From: a virus
Taxonomy: Duplodnaviria > Caudoviricetes
Virus record (IMG/VR): IMGVR_UViG_3300047390_000028
Location: 1 to 36,250 of that record
DNA: 36,250 nucleotides
Reading direction: 5' to 3' (one strand)
Of the stretch, positions 15,944-25,565 are shown piece by piece (positions within the stretch are counted from its first letter, which is position 1; each line of letters starts with the position of its first letter). The translations under genes and the position numbers were made by a program. The notes under the pieces are model-generated. The model ran no database searches, was not told the DNA's origin, and was given only the letters and a program-made list of their open reading frames with translations.

Positions 15944-17210
15944 CTACCAAGAACAGGCCGTTGACTTCCTGTACGAACACGACCGCGCCATGATTTTGGC
16001 GCCCGTGGGTGCAGGCAAGACGGCCATCACGCTGACGGCCATGCAGGCGATGCTGGCCGACCGCGTGGTCGAGCGCTTTTTAGTGCTGGCGCCCAAGCGC
16101 GTCTGCACGGATGTGTGGCCGGTCGAGCAGCCCAAGTGGGCACCGAGTCTGACGCTGGCCGTGGCGGTGGGCACACCGGCCCAACGGGCGGCAGCGCTCG
16201 GCAGCGGCGCGCAGATCATCGTGACCAACTACGACAACATCCAGTGGCTGGCGACACAGAACCTAGCCCACATCGACGGCATCGTCTACGACGAGTTGAC
16301 CAAGCTGAAGAACCCATCGGGTGCCAGGTTCAAGGCGTTGAACAAGGTCATCGACAAGATCAATATCCGCTGGGGCTTGACCGGCTCGTTCACCAGCAAC
16401 GGCTTGGAGGACGTGTTCGGCCAGTGCAAGATCGTTGACCAGTCGTTGCTTGGCCGCAGCAAGGGCGCGTTCCAGCAGCAGTACTTCATTCTGATCAACA
16501 AAGAGTACGGCGATTGGGCGCCGCGCCCTGGCTCACTGGCGCAAGTCATGGAGCGCATCAAGCCGGCCACCTACCTATTGGAGCCAGGCGACTACAAGGA
16601 TACGCTGCCGCCACTGCACACGGTCGAGTTGCGCTGCGACATGGACATGGCCGACTACAACACCATGAAGAAGGACTTCGTGCTGAACGATGTGGTGGCC
16701 GTCAACGCGGCTGTCGTGACGCAGAAGCTGCAACAGATGGCAAGCGGGTTCCTGTACACCAACAACGGCCCCATCTGGTTGTCGCCGCACAAGTTTGACC
16801 GGCTGGAGGATTTGCTGGCCGAGAACCAGCGGGCCAACACGATTGTCGTGTACCAGTACAAAGAAGAACTGGCTGAACTCCAGCGCCGGTTCCCACACGC
16901 GCAGACGCTGGATGATGCAGGCGTTATTGAGCGCTGGAACGCCGGCCAAGTTGAGTTGCTGCTGGTGCATCCGAAGTCAGCCGGACACGGCCTGAACCTA
17001 CAGCACGGCGGGCACCACATCGTGTTCTTGTCGCTGCCGTGGTCGTTGGAACTCTACGAGCAGACCATCGGGCGGCTGCACCGCAGCGGCCAGAAGAACG
17101 CGGTCTGGTGCTACATCATGCTGACGCACAAGACGGTTGACGAGAAGATTTGGGGCGCGCTACACGACAAGCGCACATTGTCGGACATTGCATTGGAGGC
17201 TTTGAAATGA
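15930..17210 (+). CDS. SNF2-like superfamily 2 helicase
   Basis: LRDYQ, GAGKT, VYDE, LTGS, AGHGLNLQ, QTIGRLHRSGQ. Confidence 0.9.
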   Translation: MKLRDYQEQAVDFLYEHDRAMILAPVGAGKTAITLTAMQAMLADRVVERFLVLAPKRVCTDVWPVEQPKWAPSLTLAVAVGTPAQRAAALGSGAQIIVTNYDNIQWLATQNLAHIDGIVYDELTKLKNPSGARFKALNKVIDKINIRWGLTGSFTSNGLEDVFGQCKIVDQSLLGRSKGAFQQQYFILINKEYGDWAPRPGSLAQVMERIKPATYLLEPGDYKDTLPPLHTVELRCDMDMADYNTMKKDFVLNDVVAVNAAVVTQKLQQMASGFLYTNNGPIWLSPHKFDRLEDLLAENQRANTIVVYQYKEELAELQRRFPHAQTLDDAGVIERWNAGQVELLLVHPKSAGHGLNLQHGGHHIVFLSLPWSLELYEQTIGRLHRSGQKNAVWCYIMLTHKTVDEKIWGALHDKRTLSDIALEALK

Positions 17211-17368
17211 GACGGATAGATTTATGGAAGGCGCAGCTAAAGGCGGCGTTGGCTGAGATGAAGATACGGCAAAGGGAGGCAAACGCGGCAACGCGCACTG
17301 TCGCTAGGTTGGACAAAATAATTATTAAGCTAGAAAGGAAGATTTATGACTACATGGCGAAGTCTTAA
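17207..17368 (+). CDS. Small coiled-coil protein
   Basis: ATGA overlap and GGAGG RBS; MRRIDLWKAQLKAALAEMK... Confidence 0.6.
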   Translation: MRRIDLWKAQLKAALAEMKIRQREANAATRTVARLDKIIIKLERKIYDYMAKS

Positions 17369-17534
17369 CGCAGAACTGCGGACGCTGAACGAGGCGCAAG
17401 TGCTGGAGATGCTGATGGAGGAGCGCAAGAACCAGCGCCGCGTGTCGGTCTTGGAGCGCCTGCACCAACGCTACAACACGCTGCGAGTCAGCCGCGAACG
17501 CATTGAACTACTACAGGAGGCAAAACATGTTTAA
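17346..17534 (+). CDS. Small hypothetical protein
   Basis: 62-aa ORF, AAGGA upstream. Confidence 0.7.
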   Translation: MTTWRSLNAELRTLNEAQVLEMLMEERKNQRRVSVLERLHQRYNTLRVSRERIELLQEAKHV

Positions 17535-17736
17535 GTACATCTGGACAGAGTTGCGGTTGATGATGAAGACCGTGACGCCGGCTCAGGCCGTGGCGCATGA
17601 GTTGCTGATTGCGGAGCATGAATTGCTGGCGGCTCAGAGTGGGGTGGAGTACGCCCAGGCGCTGGTGACCTACAACAAGCAGCGAGTCAAGCGGCTGAAG
17701 GCGTACTACGACAACACTGAGGAGGTGGCGACATGA
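17527..17736 (+). CDS. Small hypothetical protein
   Basis: AGGAGG RBS favours ATG 17527 (MFKYIWTELR). Confidence 0.7.
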   Translation: MFKYIWTELRLMMKTVTPAQAVAHELLIAEHELLAAQSGVEYAQALVTYNKQRVKRLKAYYDNTEEVAT

Positions 17737-17954
17737 CTACAGCAACAGGTGGGCCAGCGTTTCCAGCACCGGCTGGCGTGAGCCACATTACAGAACAGGG
17801 CATGACCCTGCGCGACTACTTCGCAGCGCAAGTTGCAGTTGGCACAATGTCTGATTATTGGAATGGCGACCGTATGAAAGCCCCGACCTTTAATGATATT
17901 GCCCAAGACGCCTACGCATTGGCAGACGCCATGCTGAAAGCGAGGCAAGCATGA
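17733..17954 (+). CDS. Conserved-type phage protein (GGPAFP...GMTLRDYFAA...AYALADAML)
   Basis: Motif pattern common in phage hypothetical proteins; GGAGG RBS. Confidence 0.8.
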   Translation: MTTATGGPAFPAPAGVSHITEQGMTLRDYFAAQVAVGTMSDYWNGDRMKAPTFNDIAQDAYALADAMLKARQA

Positions 17955-18208
17955 CCAGGATGTGCGACACGGGGTATCGTGAATGCCCACGCCAGCCGAC
18001 TTGTGGCATGGACTGCCACTTCACCACGGCAGAGTTGGAAACCCGCAAGGTCAAGGCGTATCCGGCAGTGCCCGATGACATTGAGCCAGTGCCTCAGTCT
18101 TGGCAGGTGATCGGCAGTGTTGTCGTTGGCTTTGTGCTGGTGGCCTTGATGGTGGTCTGCTTGCTGCTGTTCTTTACCGGCCTTTGGGTTTGGAGCTTGC
18201 TGATATGA
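17951..18208 (+). CDS. Small Cys-rich protein with C-terminal transmembrane segment
   Basis: Four N-terminal Cys and a long hydrophobic C-terminus. Confidence 0.65.
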   Translation: MTRMCDTGYRECPRQPTCGMDCHFTTAELETRKVKAYPAVPDDIEPVPQSWQVIGSVVVGFVLVALMVVCLLLFFTGLWVWSLLI

Positions 18209-18519
18209 CCAAAGACGAAGCACTGAAGCTGGCGCTGGAGTACATTGAAACAAATGCACATGAGCGTAGGCATGTTCGATGGGCAATTAAAGAAGCCTTG
18301 GCACAGCCAGTGCAGGAACCGGTAGGTAGCGTGGTGCGTTGGCTTGATGGCTCGTTGGTACATGGGTGGTTTTCTGATCCCCCACCTGAAGGAACCCTTC
18401 TCTATATCACCCCACCCGCAGCACAGCCAGAGGAACGCAACTTCTGCCCAAGGTGCGGCAAGCGCACTGCTGACCTGACCACGATTCACACATGCACACC
18501 ACCACAGGAGAACACATGA
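18205..18519 (+). CDS. Modular phage hypothetical protein with C-terminal CPRCG...HTC zinc motif
   Basis: MTKDEALKLALE...ALAQPVQEPV...LYITPP...NFCPRCGKR...IHTCTPP. Confidence 0.7.
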   Translation: MTKDEALKLALEYIETNAHERRHVRWAIKEALAQPVQEPVGSVVRWLDGSLVHGWFSDPPPEGTLLYITPPAAQPEERNFCPRCGKRTADLTTIHTCTPPQENT

Positions 18520-18767
18520 CACCAGAGCAAACACTTGATTGGCTGGCCCAACAACACTTCGATCAGTGCCGTGAAGACCGCCCTGTTCAGCACTGGATTC
18601 GCAAGATGAAGTCTGAGTTGCCAGAGCAGCGCACATGGGTAGGGCTGACGGATGAGGAACGCTTGATGGTCTTGAGATTCATAGACCCAAAAGCCGATAA
18701 GTTTCCGCTGGGATTCAAGCAGATTGTCGAGTCAATTGAGCAATTGCTAAAAGAGAAGAACACATGA
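18516..18767 (+). CDS. Phage hypothetical protein (WVGLTDEE...LKEKN module)
   Basis: AGGAG RBS, ATGA overlap. Confidence 0.7.
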   Translation: MTPEQTLDWLAQQHFDQCREDRPVQHWIRKMKSELPEQRTWVGLTDEERLMVLRFIDPKADKFPLGFKQIVESIEQLLKEKNT

Positions 18768-18913
18768 CTTATATTTTAATTTTTTGGACAGCCGTTGCTT
18801 ATGGCGCCAAGTACGATTGGCGACCTTTGGCCGAGTTTTCAAGCGCAACAAAGTGTGAAGAAGCTGCAAAGCAATTAAACCTAGAGCAGCGGTATCGCTG
18901 CGTACAAAAATGA
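18764..18913 (+). CDS. Small protein with hydrophobic N-terminus and two Cys
   Basis: Not in track; MTYILIFWTAVAYGAKYDWRPLAEFSSATKCEEAAKQLNLEQRYRCVQK; ATGA-coupled on both sides. Confidence 0.6.
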   Translation: MTYILIFWTAVAYGAKYDWRPLAEFSSATKCEEAAKQLNLEQRYRCVQK

Positions 18914-19203
18914 GCAACACACTAGAAGAACGCGATGCGATGATTGACATGGCGATGGGGGCTGGCTATCACATCACCTATATCGTACACATCATTGATT
19001 ACATGGTGGATTTTGACAAGGCAACCAAAGGAATGCCACGGGACAAGAAGCTAAAGCTACTGGAAGAAGATCGGTGGCTAGGCAACGAGGATTTTAAACG
19101 CTATGACGCGCATCTTTGCTGGCTAGATATTCTTGATATGGACAAAGACGAGTGGAACAAGATCATGGATCAAGTTCGGGAAATGCGAAAAGAGATGCAA
19201 TGA
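18910..19203 (+). CDS. Hypothetical protein
   Basis: 97-aa ORF, ATGA-coupled. Confidence 0.65.
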   Translation: MSNTLEERDAMIDMAMGAGYHITYIVHIIDYMVDFDKATKGMPRDKKLKLLEEDRWLGNEDFKRYDAHLCWLDILDMDKDEWNKIMDQVREMRKEMQ

Positions 19204-19508
19204 CAAAATATGACAACACCGCCCAATCATTTGTTGATGCGCTAAATATGAAATTTATGCCACAACTTGGCTATGTGCTTGTACAGAAAGATGAAGGCTT
19301 TTTTTGGAAAAGCGCATGTACAAGTTACCCCGCCAATGAGGAAACTAGAAAAAACACGGGGCTTTACAGATGGGCGACAGTAAGCGATGATAAAAAACTA
19401 ATACAAGTTGCAGCCGCACCCGAGGCTTCTTACGGATTTCCTCATGGTGCGGTAAGTGCGTCCAAAGTCGGCGGCAATGACTTGACTGCTGGAGAGACAG
19501 CACCATGA
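19200..19508 (+). CDS. Hypothetical protein
   Basis: ATG 19200 overlaps previous stop. Confidence 0.6.
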   Translation: MTKYDNTAQSFVDALNMKFMPQLGYVLVQKDEGFFWKSACTSYPANEETRKNTGLYRWATVSDDKKLIQVAAAPEASYGFPHGAVSASKVGGNDLTAGETAP

Positions 19509-19738
19509 CCCACGGCGGCAAGAGAGCCGGTGCTGGCAGACCGCCCAAGGACATCTCAGTCAGCCGTGTTTATACTTTGCACGATGCTGGCGTAAACCAG
19601 AAAGAAATAGCGCGGCGCTTTAATGTCAGCCACACCGTAATCAGTAGATTGTTAAAAATACGAAATGTCAAACTTCAAAATTTGGACGCAAGAAAACCTA
19701 GCCCAGTTCGCCGAAGAAGCGAACAACAGGATGGTTGA
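19505..19738 (+). CDS. HTH DNA-binding protein
   Basis: HGGKRAGAGRP arm followed by HTH GVNQKEIARRFNVSHTVISRLL. Confidence 0.75.
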   Translation: MTHGGKRAGAGRPPKDISVSRVYTLHDAGVNQKEIARRFNVSHTVISRLLKIRNVKLQNLDARKPSPVRRRSEQQDG

Positions 19739-19838
19739 GCAGAACGAGAGGATTCAGCAGCTTCAGTGCGATCTCAAAGACGCGATTGAAGCGTATCGGG
19801 CGCTTATGCGAAAGGCCGAGTCCCAGCGCGGTCAATGA
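19665..19838 (+). CDS. Small coiled-coil protein
   Basis: Not in track; MSNFKIWTQENLAQFAEEANNRMVEQNERIQQLQCDLKDAIEAYRALMRK...; overlaps the endolysin 3' end tail-to-tail. Confidence 0.55.
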   Translation: MSNFKIWTQENLAQFAEEANNRMVEQNERIQQLQCDLKDAIEAYRALMRKAESQRGQ

Positions 19839-20214
19839 TCAGTGCCTGACGGCGTGGCGTTGGACTGATGCTGATGTGAGTCCAAGCATCGAACTCACGG
19901 ATAACCTGATCAAAGGGTAGGTCTGAGGCCACCAAAGCCCTCACCACGGCGTCCGGAGTCATGCCTGGCACTCGGATGTCCGCCGCGCTGCCCGTGCGGT
20001 GCTGGCTGGTGTCCTTGCTGCCTACTGAATCGTTGACTTGCTTAGACCTGAAGGCGCTGTTGATCATTATTGGCTTGCCGTCCAGCAGCGCTTTGACCTC
20101 CTCCAAAAACTCTGCCAGCTTTTGCAAGTTGGCTAGTTCTGCATCGTTTGGCGTGTTGTCAAACTGGCGGTGGCTGGTGGTAGTTAGTTCAGCAAGGGTG
20201 AAGTTGGGTGTCAT
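19804..20214 (-). CDS. Endolysin, peptidase M15A family
   Basis: NFTLAEL, INSAFRS, SQH-x6-D (SQHRTGSAADI), WTHIS zinc ligands. Confidence 0.88.
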   Translation of the reverse strand: MTPNFTLAELTTTSHRQFDNTPNDAELANLQKLAEFLEEVKALLDGKPIMINSAFRSKQVNDSVGSKDTSQHRTGSAADIRVPGMTPDAVVRALVASDLPFDQVIREFDAWTHISISPTPRRQALIIDRAGTRPFA

Positions 20215-20621
20215 TTCTTAGCCTTCATGTCCATAATCTTTTCCAACGTGCGGCCACCAAAGTAGAAGCTCATCACCAGCATGCCCCACTGGCCCAGCAG
20301 GGTGACATAGACTTCGTTGGCATCCAGCTTGAAGGCAGACATCATGGCAAACACAAAGTAGCCAATGAAGATAGCAACCAGTGTCATGGGCCTGATGTTC
20401 TTAGACAGCCAAGAGTCTGAAGCCATGTCGGCAGTGTGCCGTTGACTCAGGTTGTTCTGCTCTGCTTTGTAAAGTTCAGTGTCGTTAGCCATCTTTGCCA
20501 ACTCACCATCTTGCGCCATCTTAGCCAGGTCAAGCTGCGCCTTAGCTTTGGCTTCTGGGTCAGGGATCAGCTTATCGATCAGCTTACCGCCAACTTCAAG
20601 TAGGGCTGTTAAAGGGAACAT
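20211..20621 (-). CDS. Holin (3TM / GTA-holin type)
   Basis: LIDKLIPDP, SWLSKNIRP, hydrophobic helices, FYFGGRTLEK; directly upstream of endolysin. Confidence 0.75.
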   Translation of the reverse strand: MFPLTALLEVGGKLIDKLIPDPEAKAKAQLDLAKMAQDGELAKMANDTELYKAEQNNLSQRHTADMASDSWLSKNIRPMTLVAIFIGYFVFAMMSAFKLDANEVYVTLLGQWGMLVMSFYFGGRTLEKIMDMKAKK

Positions 20622-20624
20622 GCT

Positions 20625-23270
20625 TTACTCCTGTGGTTGAGCTTCTTGCACTGCACCACGCGCAGCGCCGGAAGTAATGTCATTGGCAGCGTCGGCCACC
20701 CACTGGATGCCGTACTTGCGCCCGACTTCAATAGCGTCTTGAATTTTCTTCTGATCAAGCCCGGAAACACGCGGCTGCACAGCTTGAAAGACCTTAACCG
20801 CGTCGCTAGGGTTAAGCAGCAACTCTTTAAGCCGCGCCTCAGTAGCCTCAGACGCCTTTTTGGCCCAGAATTTACTGAACAACGAAGTGATGGCGTAGGT
20901 TGCACCAGACACGGGGTTGTATATGCGCGAAAGGATTTGCTCAGGCGGGATGCCGGTCAACTGCTCGATTGGCGTGCGCGGTACAGTTTCGCCTTTGAAC
21001 GCTACATTGGTCAAGTCTCGGGTCATGCGATCAGAAACCGTTACGAAGTCTTGCACCTTCTGAGCGTAGGTTGGTCCAAACACGCGGTTGAACACGGCGG
21101 CTTTATTGCGGTCGGCCAGCGCGGCAATTGGGTCTGCCGATGTCACTAGGTCGTCAAGCATGAATGACCGCACAGCGTTGACGGAATCTTTATTGGCGCC
21201 GTACTGCTGCATGAATTTGTTGGTGAACTTGACATCGCCGTACATCTTGGAAACCAAGTCTTGTGGGCTACCAACGCCCTCCGCGCTGATGATCTGATCG
21301 CCGGCCACACGTTTGAAGTCGGCGTTAAGGCGCGTACGTTCGGCCAGCAACTGCTGGACATCAGTGGTCGCGGCCTGCAACTCATCGCGCAAGCCAGGCA
21401 CCAGAGAGACGCCACCTTCGTTCTTCTTGAGCCATTTGGCCGCAGCTTTGGGGTCCAACACGTCGTTTTTAAGCGCGGCGTTGGTAAAGCTGTCCAAGAA
21501 AGCAGAGCGCACTAACTGAGTACCCTCGGCGCCAGTGGCCGTGATAAATTCGCTCACGTTCGATTTGTTACCAATAAGGGCAGGCGCTATCTGCTCGACA
21601 AACTTCTTGCGGTCTACCGCCTTTAGCGTCGCGGCGTCAAATGGCAGGCCAATCTTTTGGAAGTACGCTTTGTCAGCGTTGCGGTATGCGGCTACAAAGT
21701 CTGGGTCAAGGCTATCAATATGCCCGCCGACGCGCTGTTTCAATTCTGACAGCAAACGAATTTCGGTCGGCACATCAGTTTTGGTCAACTGGCGGTTGAT
21801 CTCTCGCTTGAGCGAGTCCAAGTCCTCAATCGTAGCCGCGCTAAACTGCATGCCTCCTGGCGTCATTGGCTTACCTTCGGCGGTCAAAATAGCGCTTGGC
21901 TCGACAGTAGTCGGTTTGAACCGGGCTTGCACCCGGTTATAAATAGATGGGAATGTCTTAAAGATGTCTGAGGCGCGTTCGCTGACAACAAAACCATAAA
22001 TGTCGTCCACCGATGCGGCGGGAAGTTCTACATTCTTGGTCTTGGCGATGTCAAACGCCTCGGTGTACAAGGGTTTGACTTCAGCGTAAGCCGCTTTTTC
22101 TTTCTTTTCGACCAAGTTAGCCACACGTTGGCCGAACACGTTCGGGTCAATTGACTGGTCTTTGTAGGCGTCAGCGATCTGTTCGTCTATCGACCGGACG
22201 CGCCGCGCTTGCACTTTGGTCAAGTCTGGGCCAACGGCGGTGACAGCTACTTTTGTCGGGTCGCCAAACAGACGAATTTGGTTTGCAGTCAGCGCCTGCT
22301 TGGCTGCGTCGTATTGCGCGCCGTACTGGGCGCGGAACACGGGGTCACGCGCCGATAGGTTTTGAATAAAGTTGTTAATAACTGGATTGTCAGCCAGCAT
22401 AGCCGACACGGGCATCTTGACTTCAACGCCACCGGGCGCTTTAAGAGACACGCTTTTTTGCGCTTGCGCCGCTTCGGTCAAAGTCTTCATAAAGGTAGGG
22501 TCAGCCGCACCGGCAGCAATAAAGATGTTGCTGATGCGGTTGTCTACGTCCTTGAGCAACGTATCTTCAGGGTCTGTGCCCCTAACTTTATCCCATTGGC
22601 CTTTAGCCAAATCGTAGGCTTTGCCGCCAACCGGCGCAAGTTTGAGCGCGGTGCCGCCGGTATAGGCAGCGCCAGCGCCGCCAAACAAACTGCCGACAAA
22701 GCGGCCAGTGCCCGGCATGTCAAATTTACCACCCGCGTACTCGCCACCCATGCCGCCGGCTTCTGCGCCGCTACCAACAATTAATTGTTCGCCCGGCCGC
22801 GCCACAATTTGCCCTAACGCACCCAGGCGCTTAACGCCGGCCAGTGGCGGGAACATATACGAAAGCGGGTCTGTTGTAGCCTGTAAACCGCCGGCTATAA
22901 TTTTTTCCGTGCCAGTCTTTGGCTCGGCGCCAGTGCTGCCAAGCGCGCTCATGATGCTTTTATAGGGCGCCTGGTACGCTTCCGTAAAGACTTGCCTAGG
23001 ATCACGGCGAGGCTCGATTGGGCCGGGCTGGCGCAGCGCTTCAATCAGTCCGGGCAAACCTCTGCCAGCCGAACTTTCACCGACAAGCGCGCCTGCGCCG
23101 GCAACCAAGCCGGCGGTGCTTGCTGGGCCTTTACGAAGCGCTTCTACTTTGTAGTCGCCCGTTGGCACGCCGGCCAACATCTGAAGTGTTTCGTCCGATA
23201 GCGAACCAAGGCTACCGCTTGAGATAGCTTCTAATTCTGCGTCTGACAGCTTCGTAAAATCGACGGCCAT
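20625..23270 (-). CDS. Large internal virion/DNA-ejection protein
   Basis: ~880 aa Ala/Gly-rich helical protein, last of three after nozzle genes; start likely ATG 23270 (MAVDFTKLSD). Confidence 0.7.
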   Translation of the reverse strand: MAVDFTKLSDAELEAISSGSLGSLSDETLQMLAGVPTGDYKVEALRKGPASTAGLVAGAGALVGESSAGRGLPGLIEALRQPGPIEPRRDPRQVFTEAYQAPYKSIMSALGSTGAEPKTGTEKIIAGGLQATTDPLSYMFPPLAGVKRLGALGQIVARPGEQLIVGSGAEAGGMGGEYAGGKFDMPGTGRFVGSLFGGAGAAYTGGTALKLAPVGGKAYDLAKGQWDKVRGTDPEDTLLKDVDNRISNIFIAAGAADPTFMKTLTEAAQAQKSVSLKAPGGVEVKMPVSAMLADNPVINNFIQNLSARDPVFRAQYGAQYDAAKQALTANQIRLFGDPTKVAVTAVGPDLTKVQARRVRSIDEQIADAYKDQSIDPNVFGQRVANLVEKKEKAAYAEVKPLYTEAFDIAKTKNVELPAASVDDIYGFVVSERASDIFKTFPSIYNRVQARFKPTTVEPSAILTAEGKPMTPGGMQFSAATIEDLDSLKREINRQLTKTDVPTEIRLLSELKQRVGGHIDSLDPDFVAAYRNADKAYFQKIGLPFDAATLKAVDRKKFVEQIAPALIGNKSNVSEFITATGAEGTQLVRSAFLDSFTNAALKNDVLDPKAAAKWLKKNEGGVSLVPGLRDELQAATTDVQQLLAERTRLNADFKRVAGDQIISAEGVGSPQDLVSKMYGDVKFTNKFMQQYGANKDSVNAVRSFMLDDLVTSADPIAALADRNKAAVFNRVFGPTYAQKVQDFVTVSDRMTRDLTNVAFKGETVPRTPIEQLTGIPPEQILSRIYNPVSGATYAITSLFSKFWAKKASEATEARLKELLLNPSDAVKVFQAVQPRVSGLDQKKIQDAIEVGRKYGIQWVADAANDITSGAARGAVQEAQPQE

Positions 23271-23271
23271 A

Positions 23272-24501
23272 TTATTTTGCCTTTCCAGCAGCACGACGTG
23301 CAATTTCAGCGGCAGCTTGCGCGGCTAAATCACCACCCGTTGCGCCGGACGCTGGTGCGGCGACGCGCGGCGCCAACTCAGGAAATGTAAGCGCTTCCGT
23401 TACGGCGTCTACGTTGTACCCCGGCGAACGCAATGCGATCTTACGCTGCTGATCAACTTCGGTACGCGCTTTATTGGCTGCTACCTTACGGATAGCTTCT
23501 AAGGTCACTTTAATTTTATTTTGCGTGTCGGTCGTAGGCGTCGCGGTGAATAGACTAGACAGATAGTCGGCCGTTCCACCCAGTAGCGACGGGTCGGCGC
23601 CAGCGGCTTTTAATTCGCGCTGGCTTAGATCGCCTGCGCCAGAGATAGCGCGCGCAAACTGTGTCTGCGCTGCGCGGTAAGACGCAAAGTTGCCTGTTGC
23701 CAATGAGGTTTCAATGGCTTCCAATGCTTGGTCAGCCGCGTTAATCGCTTTGGATTGCGGTTCAATAGTAGCCTGCACTTTGGCGCGGAAGGCTGGTATG
23801 TCCACTAGCGCATTTTGACCAGGAAGTACATTGGTAATTTTGTTGCCCTTGCCTTCACCTTCAGCTTTAATAACAGCCATCACTTGCGCCAACTCAATTG
23901 ACCCAGGTGTTAATGTCTTAGCGTACTCTTGCAGCTTTTGAATAGTAGTCTTTCCTTCCGGCGCAACTTTACCCCCTACCTGTTCTTTTAGCGAAGTAGC
24001 AAACGCGGTGTTGTATTCAATCGAGCCTTCAGGGCCGGACAACAACGCAACTTCGCGCGCCAATTGCACTTTTTCTGGTGGTGCTTTTGTGCGGTCGCGT
24101 TGGGCAGCCGCGTCAGAAGCCCTTGCTGCAGCCTCATCTTTGCTGATAGAGGCGCGTTTGGCTTGTTGGCTAACAAGGATTTGCTGTAACTGCATTGCGC
24201 CTTGAGGATCGCTCTGCGCTAACGCTGCAATGCCGCGTTTCATAGACTCATCGTCACTAAAGTCGATCTGCCCAGCTATCTGCTGGCGCATTGTGATGCG
24301 CTGCAACTCAGGGTCTTGCCCACCCAGAGCGCCGCCGATAGCACCGCCCAGCATGTTAGCCCCGCGCCCGATGGCGTAGTTGGCTTGCTGGAACGGGTCG
24401 AGCTTGGCGTATTGCAACGCTTGCGCGTCCATACGGGCTTGCTGTGCTTGCTGGTAAGCCTGTGGCGTAACGCCAAATAAGGATTGAACGATGTCTGCCA
24501 T
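23272..24501 (-). CDS. Internal virion/ejection protein
   Basis: Gln/Ala-rich helical protein with GGAIGGALGG segment; synteny. Confidence 0.65.
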   Translation of the reverse strand: MADIVQSLFGVTPQAYQQAQQARMDAQALQYAKLDPFQQANYAIGRGANMLGGAIGGALGGQDPELQRITMRQQIAGQIDFSDDESMKRGIAALAQSDPQGAMQLQQILVSQQAKRASISKDEAAARASDAAAQRDRTKAPPEKVQLAREVALLSGPEGSIEYNTAFATSLKEQVGGKVAPEGKTTIQKLQEYAKTLTPGSIELAQVMAVIKAEGEGKGNKITNVLPGQNALVDIPAFRAKVQATIEPQSKAINAADQALEAIETSLATGNFASYRAAQTQFARAISGAGDLSQRELKAAGADPSLLGGTADYLSSLFTATPTTDTQNKIKVTLEAIRKVAANKARTEVDQQRKIALRSPGYNVDAVTEALTFPELAPRVAAPASGATGGDLAAQAAAEIARRAAGKAK

Positions 24502-24511
24502 GATTTAGTCC

Positions 24512-25564
24512 TTAAATAAACGCGCCGATGTCTTGGTTGCCGTAAGCTAAACCTGTGCCAAAGCCCGAGCCGCCTAAACCGGTCTGTGAAAACGCTGCTT
24601 GTCCGCCACCACCAAACAGTCTACCAAGACCAGCTTGTAGCGCCGGATTCTGACTTGCCTGAGTCAGCGCAGTGGCAAACGGATTGTAGGCATTGGCCGC
24701 GCCCATCGTCTGCGCCGCCGCATTGCCGCCTTGAAACAAAGCATTAGCCCCTGCCGTACTCTGCCCCTTCGCACCAATGTTGATGCCCAGCTCAAGCGGC
24801 TGTTGACCAAGCGCCTCAAGTTGTTTCATTTGAGCTAGGTATGCCTCATACGGGCCAAGAGCCGCTGCCTGGCCTTGATAGCCTTGTGTCAACAGATTGC
24901 CACCAGTGCCAAGCAAACCAGCACCAAAACGCGCCTGATCCATGCCGCCTTGTGTGGCTTGTGCAGCCAGTTGTGCGTCTTGTTGGGCAATGGCGTTGTA
25001 GTAGGCTTCCATCTCTGGACTTGCCGCACCTAGACCCCCAGCGCCACTAGGCCGAGCGCCGGTAGCGCCAACAGCTAAACCGCCGCGCCCAGTCTGGAAT
25101 AACTGGTTTTGCAGTTGCGCCATCTGGCGTTCACGGCTAGGGGCAAGCAACTCTTGTTGACCAGCCATGTACTGCTGGGCGGCTTGTTGCGGCGATTGTG
25201 CAAGGTATTGCTGACCAAGGCCAAACAGACCCTGAGCACCCTGTTGCAAGGGGGCAAACTGTTGCTGTGCCATCTCAGCTTGAGACAGACCGCCACCAGC
25301 CAAACCCATGAACCTGTCTTGATAAGCACGAAGTGTTGGGTCTAGCGTATATTCAGCACCAGTCACACGACCATCAGGCCCAGTCTGGAACTGCGACTGA
25401 CCAAAGCGAGTCGTGATGCCTACTGGCCGAAAACGCGCTTCTTCAGCCGCAAGTTGAGCGGCTTTCATTTGTGCGTCGGCTTGTATCTGCGCGGCTTTTT
25501 TAGCGGAGTTGCCGCCAATAATGCCGCCAAGTAAACTAGCCCCCGCCGTGATAAATGCTGGCAT
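24512..25564 (-). CDS. DNA transfer/pilot-like ejection protein
   Basis: N-terminal GASLLGGIIGG, Gly/Gln/Ala-rich; start likely ATG 25564. Confidence 0.7.
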   Translation of the reverse strand: MPAFITAGASLLGGIIGGNSAKKAAQIQADAQMKAAQLAAEEARFRPVGITTRFGQSQFQTGPDGRVTGAEYTLDPTLRAYQDRFMGLAGGGLSQAEMAQQQFAPLQQGAQGLFGLGQQYLAQSPQQAAQQYMAGQQELLAPSRERQMAQLQNQLFQTGRGGLAVGATGARPSGAGGLGAASPEMEAYYNAIAQQDAQLAAQATQGGMDQARFGAGLLGTGGNLLTQGYQGQAAALGPYEAYLAQMKQLEALGQQPLELGINIGAKGQSTAGANALFQGGNAAAQTMGAANAYNPFATALTQASQNPALQAGLGRLFGGGGQAAFSQTGLGGSGFGTGLAYGNQDIGAFI

Positions 25565-25565
25565 A

